Shown piece after piece: positions 56,619-64,000 of a stretch of DNA of 64,000 nucleotides. Every line of letters begins with the position of its first letter. Positions within the stretch are counted from its first letter, which is position 1. The notes beneath the pieces are model-generated. The model was not told the DNA's origin, did no database searches, and saw nothing but the letters and a program-made list of their open reading frames with translations. The translations under genes were made by a program, and so were the position numbers. This DNA comes from an uncultured Kiritimatiellota bacterium (GTDB taxonomy: Bacteria > Verrucomicrobiota > Kiritimatiellia > RFP12 > UBA1067), in NCBI GenBank assembly GCA_934635385.1, contig CAKTZI010000020.1:1820-65819 (forward strand), written 5' to 3'.

Positions 56619-57872
56619 TTATTCCGCAACGCCACCAGCACCAACCATTTCAGGTTCGCCCTGCGTCCCATCATCGTAAACGGGAATTCGCCTTGACCGA
56701 TCCTTGTTGTATCGGTAGCCCTTCAAAGTCTTCTGCCCTTCTTTTGACGGTTTTTCGCCCTGAGGATTCTTCGCTTCACTGTCGTCTGCGCCACCGCCAA
56801 ACGCATCGGATAAAATCCGCGTAAGGGATGTCTGGAATTGCACGGCCTGATCGTCGCTGAGTTTCAGCCCACGCTTGATGTCGGTCATGTTCTTGGCCAC
56901 GGATGCCGCAAGGCGTGCATTTGCCGTGTCGTTCTTTGAACTGGCACGGGCATTCCGCCCCTGTTCTTCATCCTTGCGCTGTGCGAGGCGGTCGCGCTCC
57001 AACTGCATTCGCTCTTCGCTCATGCCGCCGCCCTTGTTCGAACCCATGAACTCCTTGACATCCCCGAAGTAGGATGTCAGCGCGGAACTTCTAATCTCGG
57101 CGTTCAGCGGATTGTCGATCTCCACGAGCGGTCGGCCAGATTGCTGGTCTATCTGCGCCTGTCCGTTGCCGTCGAGCGCGTACCTCACGAAATGCAATTT
57201 GCCGTCCGAGAACGGCTTGCCCGTCGTCGGGTCAACCGTCCCGATGTAGTTGTATTCCCGGCCCTCGTCGAGCATCCCGCCCTCCAGCAGTTCCTTGTTG
57301 AACTGGTCCACCTGCTTCCGCGTGACGATGCCGTTCTGGAGCTGTGCGAGAATGGCCATGTTGCCGTAGCTGCCCTCCATCGCGGCCTTGCGGTTCGCCA
57401 TCTGCGCGTCTTCCTCCTCCTTGAGGCGGAAATAGGAGTCGAGCTTCGCGTTTCGCTCCTCGAACGCCAGCCGCCGGTTCTCGATTTCCTGCGCATCCCG
57501 CTCCATCTGCTGCATCTTGATGGCATCGTCCCACGACTTCGCATGTTCCATGTCGCCGCGCCTGTCGGCGTATTCGCGCTTCTTCTGCGCCTGCACCTCG
57601 TCGAACTGGCGGACACCCTCCTCGCGGTTCGCCGCCCGCTCCTCCATCTGCGCGTCGAACTGACGCGCGCCCTCGGCACGTGCCGCTTCGGCTGCCGCCT
57701 GTTTTTCGTCGAACTGGCGGGCGTTCTCCTCCCGGTTCGCGTCCGCCTGTGCGGCCTGCATGTCCTGTCCGCGCCGTGCGGTCGCGGCGTTCATCGCCGC
57801 GATCGCCCTCTGGCGCTCGTCGTCCTTGATGTTCTTCCCGAAAGAGAAGTTTGCTACCTGAAAACCTGCCAT
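56619..57872 (-). CDS. Phage-module coiled-coil protein with ARQFD-type tandem repeats (scaffold or internal-virion-like), hypothetical
   Basis: Three ~48-nt DNA repeats (tcgtcgaactggcgg...) around 57590-57760. Q/E/R/A-rich. Confidence 0.45.
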   Translation of the reverse strand: MAGFQVANFSFGKNIKDDERQRAIAAMNAATARRGQDMQAAQADANREENARQFDEKQAAAEAARAEGARQFDAQMEERAANREEGVRQFDEVQAQKKREYADRRGDMEHAKSWDDAIKMQQMERDAQEIENRRLAFEERNAKLDSYFRLKEEEDAQMANRKAAMEGSYGNMAILAQLQNGIVTRKQVDQFNKELLEGGMLDEGREYNYIGTVDPTTGKPFSDGKLHFVRYALDGNGQAQIDQQSGRPLVEIDNPLNAEIRSSALTSYFGDVKEFMGSNKGGGMSEERMQLERDRLAQRKDEEQGRNARASSKNDTANARLAASVAKNMTDIKRGLKLSDDQAVQFQTSLTRILSDAFGGGADDSEAKNPQGEKPSKEGQKTLKGYRYNKDRSRRIPVYDDGTQGEPEMVGAGGVAE

Positions 57873-57884
57873 TGCCTTTTCTCC

Positions 57885-59171
57885 TTATGATGCGAACAAG
57901 TAGTAGGAACCCGCAAGCTGCGCGTACTGGTCGAACATCCCGGCGTAGTACGACCCCAGCGTGTTCTGCTGGTCGGCGACTCTCGCCGCCGCGTTGAACT
58001 CCGTGCTGTTCAGGTTGCCGGATGCGTTCGCCGCGCTGATGCGGTTCGCCGTCGCGTTGTTGACGGCGTTCGCCGCGCCGATTGCGAGGTTGCCGCTGGC
58101 CGTCGTGAGCTGCCCCGCCGCCGTGAGCGCGTTCGACTGCGCCGCCCGGAGGTTGCCCGCCGTCGCGTTCGCGTTTGCCGCCGAAACCTGAAGCTGACCC
58201 TTGTTGACGAGGACGCCCGCCGCAGAGCTGATTGCGTTCGCCCCCGCGCCCTGCGCGTTGACGCCCTGCGAGACGATGGACGCGCCGGTCGCGCCAAGCG
58301 CGTTCGCGTCCGCGACGGCCCCGCGCATGGCCTCGAAGTAGTCCTTGTTGGAACTCATGCGCGTCTTGGTCTTCATCGCCGCGAGCGCGGTGGCAAGGGC
58401 CTGTCCCGCCTGCTGCATGGTCGCCGCGCTCTGTCCGCTTCCCGCGCTCACGCCGCGCCGCGCCAAGGCCCGCTCGTTCGCCGCCATCTGAGTCTCGTGG
58501 GCCGTCCGCGTGTCGTTTGCCGCCATCGAGACGGCGAGCGAGGGGTCGAGGGCGGCCAGCACCTGCGCATACGTCCCGGCGAGCCCGCCGGCCGACTTGT
58601 CGAGGCCGAGGATCGAGAGGCCCGTGTTGATGTAGCTGTTGCCCGAATCGACGAGGCCGCTCCCCTCGCCGAACATCGTCTCGCCCATCTCCCGGAGAAG
58701 CGGCTCGTATTCGCCGAGCGCAGTCGCCGTGTTGGTGATGTCGGTGGCGTTCTGCCGGACGTCGTTCACGGAATTCGTGATGTCCGATGCCGCCGCCTTG
58801 GCCTCTTCCGCGTACTGGTTGATCTTCCCGTAGCTCTCCGTGGCGTTCTTCAGGTAGCCGTCGATGCCCGCGTCCCCGTTGATGATGCCGTCGAGGGCGG
58901 AGCGAAGCCCGGCGTTGTTCTTCTGAAGGTTCCCGTAGGCGGTGTCGAGCGTCCCCTGCGCCTTTCCGAGTGCGTCTTCCGTCGCGTTGCGGTAGGCGTT
59001 TGCCGCAGCGGCGGCAGATGCCGCCGTGTTCAGCGTGCGGGACGAGCCCCACCCGAACATGCCGCCCTCATGCCACTCTTCGAGGTTGTTGGTCGTGGTG
59101 TCGCGCCGCACGGTCGTTCCCGTCGCGCCGGTGTATCTCGTCTCGTAGACTTTTGGAAGTGTGACTGCCAT
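57885..59171 (-). CDS. Phage-module structural protein, A/N/S/T-rich (tail or internal protein-like), hypothetical
   Basis: 428 aa, low-complexity segment NAxxAxxN. Confidence 0.4.
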   Translation of the reverse strand: MAVTLPKVYETRYTGATGTTVRRDTTTNNLEEWHEGGMFGWGSSRTLNTAASAAAAANAYRNATEDALGKAQGTLDTAYGNLQKNNAGLRSALDGIINGDAGIDGYLKNATESYGKINQYAEEAKAAASDITNSVNDVRQNATDITNTATALGEYEPLLREMGETMFGEGSGLVDSGNSYINTGLSILGLDKSAGGLAGTYAQVLAALDPSLAVSMAANDTRTAHETQMAANERALARRGVSAGSGQSAATMQQAGQALATALAAMKTKTRMSSNKDYFEAMRGAVADANALGATGASIVSQGVNAQGAGANAISSAAGVLVNKGQLQVSAANANATAGNLRAAQSNALTAAGQLTTASGNLAIGAANAVNNATANRISAANASGNLNSTEFNAAARVADQQNTLGSYYAGMFDQYAQLAGSYYLFAS

Positions 59172-59191
59172 TTCTTCGGCCTCCTTTTCCG

Positions 59192-59371
59192 CTATCGGTT
59201 GGCGATGACCTGCTTCAGCTGCTGCACCTCCGTGCGCAGGTCCCGCACCTTCCTGTCATATGTCTCCTTCAGGAATGTCTGGTTCTCAAGCAGAAGGAGT
59301 ATGGCCTTCTGCACCTTCGGCTCCTTTATGCCGACGATGGAAATTGCCGCATTGAACTTCTTGGCGCTCAT
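59192..59371 (-). CDS. Small phage-module protein (59 aa from MSAKKFNAAISIVGIKEPKVQK), hypothetical
   Basis: The rest of the ORF-track model 59192-59644 is Arg/Gly-rich off-frame-like sequence. Confidence 0.3.
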   Translation of the reverse strand: MSAKKFNAAISIVGIKEPKVQKAILLLLENQTFLKETYDRKVRDLRTEVQQLKQVIANR

Positions 59372-61317
59372 TTCAGGCCCTCCATGCTTGACGCGACGGA
59401 AACGTGGTTTATCCGCGCGGCCCCCTGCACCTTGAACGCGAAATACTTCTCGATCCGCATGGCCGGAATCTGCCTCGGCCTCTGGCTTGTGATCGAGAGC
59501 GTCAGCGCGTGCGCCCCCTCCCCGAAGCACCCGTTGGGGGATGTGGCCGTCATGAGCGTCAACGTCACGGGGTACTTGTCCGAATAGATGCGCACGTTCC
59601 GCAGGACGAGGAACTGCGCCCCGACGTAGACCTTGCTCCGCCACTCGAACGTCTTAGCCTCCGCGCCGTCGTTCCACGCCTTGACAAACGAATCGCTGCG
59701 CGTGAAGTCCGCGTAGTAGGCCCCGCCGGACGCTGTGACGGTCTCCACCGTCAGTACCGCGCCGTTGGAATCGACCGGCACAAACGCGCCGTTCACCTTC
59801 CTGAACCACCCGCCGAACGCATAGCCGGGCTTCGGCGCAGCCGCAAGAACGACCTTGCGCCCGACATAGCAGGCCGCTTCCGCCACGCCACCGATCGAGT
59901 AGTAGGAGAGCATCCCCGTGGCGAATATCGACAGCTCCCCCATCGCGCCCGTGTTGCCGTCCACGAAAAGCGCCTGTACGCGGGCATAGCCCTCCGCCTG
60001 GACTTTCGTGAACACGAGCCGCACGAGCATGCTGTCGCGCATGACGAAACGGCCGCTGCGCGAGTCGGGATTGTTCGCATCGTATGTCCACACCGTGCTC
60101 CAGGTGTCGCTTTCGCTGTCGGCCATGACATCCACGCGCACGGGCGTCCAGACGTAGGTGATCCCGTCCTCCACGCTCGTCCCGTCATCGAGGACATGGA
60201 AAGCAATGTAGCGGCCGTTGCCGATCACCCACTTGTCCGGGTTCGTCAGGTTCGGTTCCGTGTCGATGGAAAGCCCGAACGCGAGCGAGCCGGACGGAAG
60301 CGAAGCCGCAATCACGTTGTCGCCGCTCTTGATGCCATAGGACACCGTAATCGTCCCGGAAGTCCGCATGACGTATTTCGCCGTGTACTTCGACGAGAGG
60401 TCGTTGCGGTTTATCGTGATCGAGAGGGCGGACGACACGAACGTGGAATCGTTCAGATACCATCCGCTGAACGTGTAGGTTTCGTCGGTGTCGTCGGCGG
60501 TCAGGGTGTAGGTCGTCCCCTTGTAGATGTTGAACGACTGCGCGGCAAGCGTCGTCACCTCCTCGTGTACGGACGCGGACGCGGCGCTCGTCAGCGTCAC
60601 CTTGCCGACCTCAACGGTCGGGTCTGTCGCGTTCGCGACGCACAGGGCGAGCGTCACCTTGTCCTTCTCCGAGATCGCGAAGTCCACGCTTGCCGCATTG
60701 GACGGCATTGCGAACGAGATCTGCGATTCGGTTATTGAAGGATCGGCAATCCCGCTTGACGTTATCGCCCCGATCGACCCGCCGAATGCCGCGACCGCCC
60801 TGACGATCACGGGCCGCGCCTCGCGAACCTGCGCGTTCCACGACGAGCTGGAGATCGACTCCTCCGTTCCGCCGTCCACCTGCACGTAGACCGTCGCAAA
60901 GGACGTGTCCCCGCTCTTCGTCACGGTCAGCGCATTCGATGTCGAGACGAGGTGCGGGACAAACGTCAGCTCGCTGTTCCCGCCAAGGACGGCCGCATAG
61001 ACGGTGTAGTAGTATTGCCCCGTCCCGCCGGCCTCCGCCGCATACTGTGCGCCGCCGGCCGTGAAGTAGTCCACCCGGTTCTGCCCGACATACGCCTCCT
61101 TGATCTGGCAGTAGACGTTCACGGATGTCTCGGCATCGAACCGCAGCGCGGCGGAAGACGGCGACACGTCGCACAGCGTCGGATCGTTCGTCGATGTCCT
61201 GATGACGCACTCGACGAGCGCGAAGTAGAGCGAAACCGTCGCGTTCGCGCCGCTCGTCATCGAGTAGGCGTACGCGCCGCCCTCCTCGTACTCTTCGAGG
61301 TTGTCCGACTTCGACAC
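59368..61317 (-). CDS. Phage-module structural protein with InlB-B-repeat/Ig-like domains (tail/baseplate or receptor-binding-like)
   Basis: VVLAAAPKPGYAFGGWF B-repeat motif. Beta-rich and S/T-rich. Confidence 0.5.
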   Translation of the reverse strand: MSKSDNLEEYEEGGAYAYSMTSGANATVSLYFALVECVIRTSTNDPTLCDVSPSSAALRFDAETSVNVYCQIKEAYVGQNRVDYFTAGGAQYAAEAGGTGQYYYTVYAAVLGGNSELTFVPHLVSTSNALTVTKSGDTSFATVYVQVDGGTEESISSSSWNAQVREARPVIVRAVAAFGGSIGAITSSGIADPSITESQISFAMPSNAASVDFAISEKDKVTLALCVANATDPTVEVGKVTLTSAASASVHEEVTTLAAQSFNIYKGTTYTLTADDTDETYTFSGWYLNDSTFVSSALSITINRNDLSSKYTAKYVMRTSGTITVSYGIKSGDNVIAASLPSGSLAFGLSIDTEPNLTNPDKWVIGNGRYIAFHVLDDGTSVEDGITYVWTPVRVDVMADSESDTWSTVWTYDANNPDSRSGRFVMRDSMLVRLVFTKVQAEGYARVQALFVDGNTGAMGELSIFATGMLSYYSIGGVAEAACYVGRKVVLAAAPKPGYAFGGWFRKVNGAFVPVDSNGAVLTVETVTASGGAYYADFTRSDSFVKAWNDGAEAKTFEWRSKVYVGAQFLVLRNVRIYSDKYPVTLTLMTATSPNGCFGEGAHALTLSITSQRPRQIPAMRIEKYFAFKVQGAARINHVSVASSMEGLK

Positions 61318-62814
61318 CTACGAGATGCCGTAATGCGCGTTCGGTTTGACGGACAGCTTGATGTAGTCCGTTCCGTCGGCGCGGAGATAGCCGGTATTGG
61401 CGAGCTGCGCACCGCTCTGCTTGCTGTACCGCCCGGAGATCGTCGCGGAACCGTTCGACCCCGCCGACGCCGTGACGGGCCATGCGTTCTGCGTGAGCAT
61501 GCAGGTGATGGCGACATTCCCCGTCAGCGTGTCAGCCGTGTAGGTGTTGCCGCTGACCGCCGTCCCGTTCACGTACCAGGATGCGACCGTCGGGGCTTCG
61601 TAGTCCGCCCGCGACGACGCGAAGTAGAACGTGTAGGTCGTCCCCTGCACGAGCGTCTTGCTCGTCGTCCCCACGGCATCGATGTAGACCTCGCCCCATT
61701 CGGGATGATCCGCAATGGAGGCCGAAATCGTGTAGGTCGATGCCGTGATGTTGAACGACGCGGCCTTTGTCAGCGCGACGATCGTCCCGTTGATGTTCGC
61801 CGCGCTGCTTCCGTAGATGGAATTCACGCCGCTTGTCTGCGAAATGAACCCGTTGCCCGTGGAGAACACGTAGCCGGACGCGCACGACGCGCTGGCTGAC
61901 ACGTTGGAGCCGTGTTCCACGTAGAGCGTTCCGCTTCCCGAAAGCGAAATCGGGGAGGCCGATGCCGTGACATAGTTTCCGGTCGAATGGTGGCGGACGT
62001 AGGAAACTGTCGAACTCGACACGCCCGTGCCCTTGTTGATCGTCAGGGCGTGTTTCTCGCCGTAGTTCACCACAAACGACGTGGCGTTATTTGTGGGCTT
62101 CGCATTTGCGGTCGTTGCGGCATTCGAAGCGAACGAGACATTGCCGTCGGCTATTTCGGAACCGTCCATCGCGATTCCGTTGTAGAAATAGACCTGATGC
62201 CAGTTCTTGATCGTCGAAGCACACGCGGTCGCGACGACCTTCACGTTCGGGAGCGATGCCGTGCTTGTGTCGTTCGTGCTGCACGTATAGCTTACCGAAG
62301 CCGCATTTGCGTCCCGCGTGGTGGAAACCGAGCCCGCGACCAGCACATCATTGACGTACAGTGCGACATTGCCAACCTGAACATTGTTCACCTTGGCAGA
62401 CGAAGCCGTGAACGTGAGCACGTAATACTGAGCGTCATAGGTCGTGGAGTTCCTGCTCGTATTAAACGTGTACCCGCCATACGACCCGCTGATCCAATAG
62501 GACGTGTTGTCCGCGAAAGTCGGATTCCAGTTGGCGTACTTCTGCTTTGCCTCATTTAATGCGTTTGTTTCAAACAGGTTTGTCGCGCTAACCTGTGTCG
62601 ATACGCTAATCTCCAAGCCGTTGGCATCGATGGAATAGGCTTTTGCCGTAATGTAGGCAGTATACCCGCTGCTCCCCTTGCTTGTGAACTGGTTGGTTAT
62701 CGTCTTGCTCTGGAAACCCGTCCCGACCTGCAGGCCGGTGTAGATGAGTCCAGCGGGCCCCATTGTGTTCAGGGCGATGCACTGCTTTGTGGAAGGTGTC
62801 AATGCCATCGTCAC
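61318..62814 (-). CDS. S/T/N-rich tail-fiber-like structural protein
   Basis: 498 aa, about 35% S/T/N/G, no TM. Confidence 0.45.
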   Translation of the reverse strand: MTMALTPSTKQCIALNTMGPAGLIYTGLQVGTGFQSKTITNQFTSKGSSGYTAYITAKAYSIDANGLEISVSTQVSATNLFETNALNEAKQKYANWNPTFADNTSYWISGSYGGYTFNTSRNSTTYDAQYYVLTFTASSAKVNNVQVGNVALYVNDVLVAGSVSTTRDANAASVSYTCSTNDTSTASLPNVKVVATACASTIKNWHQVYFYNGIAMDGSEIADGNVSFASNAATTANAKPTNNATSFVVNYGEKHALTINKGTGVSSSTVSYVRHHSTGNYVTASASPISLSGSGTLYVEHGSNVSASASCASGYVFSTGNGFISQTSGVNSIYGSSAANINGTIVALTKAASFNITASTYTISASIADHPEWGEVYIDAVGTTSKTLVQGTTYTFYFASSRADYEAPTVASWYVNGTAVSGNTYTADTLTGNVAITCMLTQNAWPVTASAGSNGSATISGRYSKQSGAQLANTGYLRADGTDYIKLSVKPNAHYGIS

Positions 62815-63950
62815 TCCCCCGCAAGATAAAGCTTGTCATTCTCCACGTCCGTGAAGACGCAGGAGCAGTAGTCATCATGCTCCGTGATGATCGGCTTGCC
62901 GCCCGTGTCGAAGTCAATCACGAACGCCCGGCGCATTCCATCCACGAGCGTGAACCAGCAGAAGAGCGCGTTGTCGTAGGCGGTCATCATGCACGACGCA
63001 GGGTTGAGCGCAGACCACGAAACCTTGTCCCAGTAAAGCCGCGTGATGACGGTCGAAGTCAGCGAATCCTCCGAGAGGACGCAGATGCCGTCCTGGGAGG
63101 CATAGTAAACCTTACCCTCGAACGTGCAGATCGAACGCGCCGAGACACAGGCCTGCTCCGAGACGATCTGCGCCGCCGTCATGCCCTCCGGGGCCGTCCC
63201 CGAAATCGCCCATGGGTAGCCCTTCGTGAGGATGAACGCCGTGTTGCCGGCCACCGCGATTCCGATTGCGAAGTCGCGGATCGTGTAGCGGTAGGCATCC
63301 GGGAAGCTCGTGGGAAGCCCCACGTCCGAGAAGCACACGCAACGCGGATTGGAGCGGAGGAAGCCGACGTAGAAGTTGCCGGGCATCTGCGTCATCCATG
63401 TCAGGTCTGCGGGCGTGGAGGTGATGTTCGGGGCCTCTTCGGAAACGCTTTCGTCGTTGATGTTGATCTTCAGTTTCGTCTCGAACGCGCCCTGCGTCCC
63501 CGCCGTGATCTTCTGCTCGCAGACGAATCTCACGGTGTCGCTCGTCTCTCCCGTCACGCTCATGTAGAGCCGCCGCGCCACGACCCAATCGGGAATCGTG
63601 TACTGCGCCGTGGCGTGGGCGACCCCGACCCAGTTGATCTTCTGGTTGTTGTTGTAGTCGAACTCGATCATGTTGCCGTCCGCGTCCGTCGCCACATTCG
63701 ACTGTCCGCTCTCGTAGCCGTATTCGTCCACAAAGGTCTGGAAGAAGTACGTGTGGCGGATCGTGTTCGGGTCGAGTTCGACGCTGTTCACGCCCTCCGG
63801 GTGGTCGTCCGTCCAGTATTTCACCTCGACGGACGGCGGAATCTCCTTGAAGAGCGGATGCCGGTCGTATGTCTTGGCATTCCGGGAAGAGACCAACACA
63901 CACGGCTGGTTCTCGCCATTCGCGTCGCTGATGCCCGTTTCGCCGGACAC
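62811..63950 (-). CDS. Phage-module structural protein, hypothetical
   Basis: 379-aa ORF translationally coupled to the downstream gene (4-nt overlap). Confidence 0.4.
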   Translation of the reverse strand: MSGETGISDANGENQPCVLVSSRNAKTYDRHPLFKEIPPSVEVKYWTDDHPEGVNSVELDPNTIRHTYFFQTFVDEYGYESGQSNVATDADGNMIEFDYNNNQKINWVGVAHATAQYTIPDWVVARRLYMSVTGETSDTVRFVCEQKITAGTQGAFETKLKININDESVSEEAPNITSTPADLTWMTQMPGNFYVGFLRSNPRCVCFSDVGLPTSFPDAYRYTIRDFAIGIAVAGNTAFILTKGYPWAISGTAPEGMTAAQIVSEQACVSARSICTFEGKVYYASQDGICVLSEDSLTSTVITRLYWDKVSWSALNPASCMMTAYDNALFCWFTLVDGMRRAFVIDFDTGGKPIITEHDDYCSCVFTDVENDKLYLAGE

Positions 63951-64000
63951 GAACAGGCGGAAGCGGTCGTCGTCGTTGATGTTGGACGGCGCGACCTGCA

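Larger units (their letters stand above)
40741..64000 (-). mobile_element. Phage-like (or conjugative-element-like) module. Structural genes come first, then the giant polyvalent-protein ORF. It extends beyond the window end. Left boundary is an AT-rich 110-bp junction.
   Basis: All genes are on the minus strand with tight spacing. S/T/N-rich Ig-like/InlB-B-repeat proteins. A DarB-like MTase-helicase giant protein. Abrupt AT-rich junction at 40741-40850 next to the ATPase promoter. Confidence 0.6.

Noticed and set aside
59192-59644. 150-aa ORF as a single protein
   Set aside because: The N-terminal 90 aa is Arg/Gly/Ala-rich and overlaps the end of the upstream structural gene. Only the C-terminal 59 aa after an internal Met is kept.

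Overview
High-GC (~62-65%) bacterial chromosome segment with four zones. (1) 1-10.6 kb is core chromosome: a partial GT8 glycosyltransferase, a DegT-family aminotransferase, a GT4 glycosyltransferase, gyrA, purE, murC, and a ribose transporter plus ribokinase. Several of these enzymes carry in-frame short tandem DNA repeats. (2) 10.6-35.9 kb is a mosaic accessory/defence-like island. It holds ogt, three PIN-toxin operons (two share an identical promoter-operator), an AbiEi/AbiEii-like pair, a DUF234 AAA ATPase with an upstream 5' fragment of a paralogue, a RhuM-Fic/Doc protein, an IS110-family element with a long structured 5' non-coding arm, an AraC regulator, a flavin reductase, an alpha/beta hydrolase and a SAM methyltransferase. 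It also holds two paralogous clusters of membrane proteins that start with an N-terminal zinc ribbon; the downstream domains are TM2, CD225, DUF2752, SPFH, PH-like and KTSC. Each cluster is preceded by a homologous ~160-nt structured leader with a covarying hairpin and a terminator/antiterminator arrangement, a candidate cis-regulatory RNA. Dispersed palindromes, hairpin repeats and a repeated 39-aa hydrophobic peptide gene are also present. (3) 35.9-40.7 kb holds a tyrosine integrase with a SHOCT-like tail, a 3-methyladenine glycosylase and a Ca2+-type P-type ATPase whose TTTTGGTATAAT promoter sits 9 nt from its ATG, which is leaderless-like. (4) 40.85-64 kb is a phage-like (or conjugative-element-like) module, all on the minus strand. 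Structural proteins rich in S/T/N and Ig-like or InlB-B repeats are followed by a 15.75-kb (5249-codon) open reading frame. That frame encodes a polyvalent, DarB-like protein: an HExxH peptidase motif, a ParB-like domain, a zeta-toxin-like P-loop, an N6-adenine methyltransferase, an SNF2 helicase and a long coiled-coil C-terminus. Inside this frame, in a different reading frame, sits a 112-codon gene with its own perfect extended -10 promoter and Shine-Dalgarno sequence. No tRNA, rRNA or CRISPR array was seen. Manually derived coordinates are +/-2 nt.
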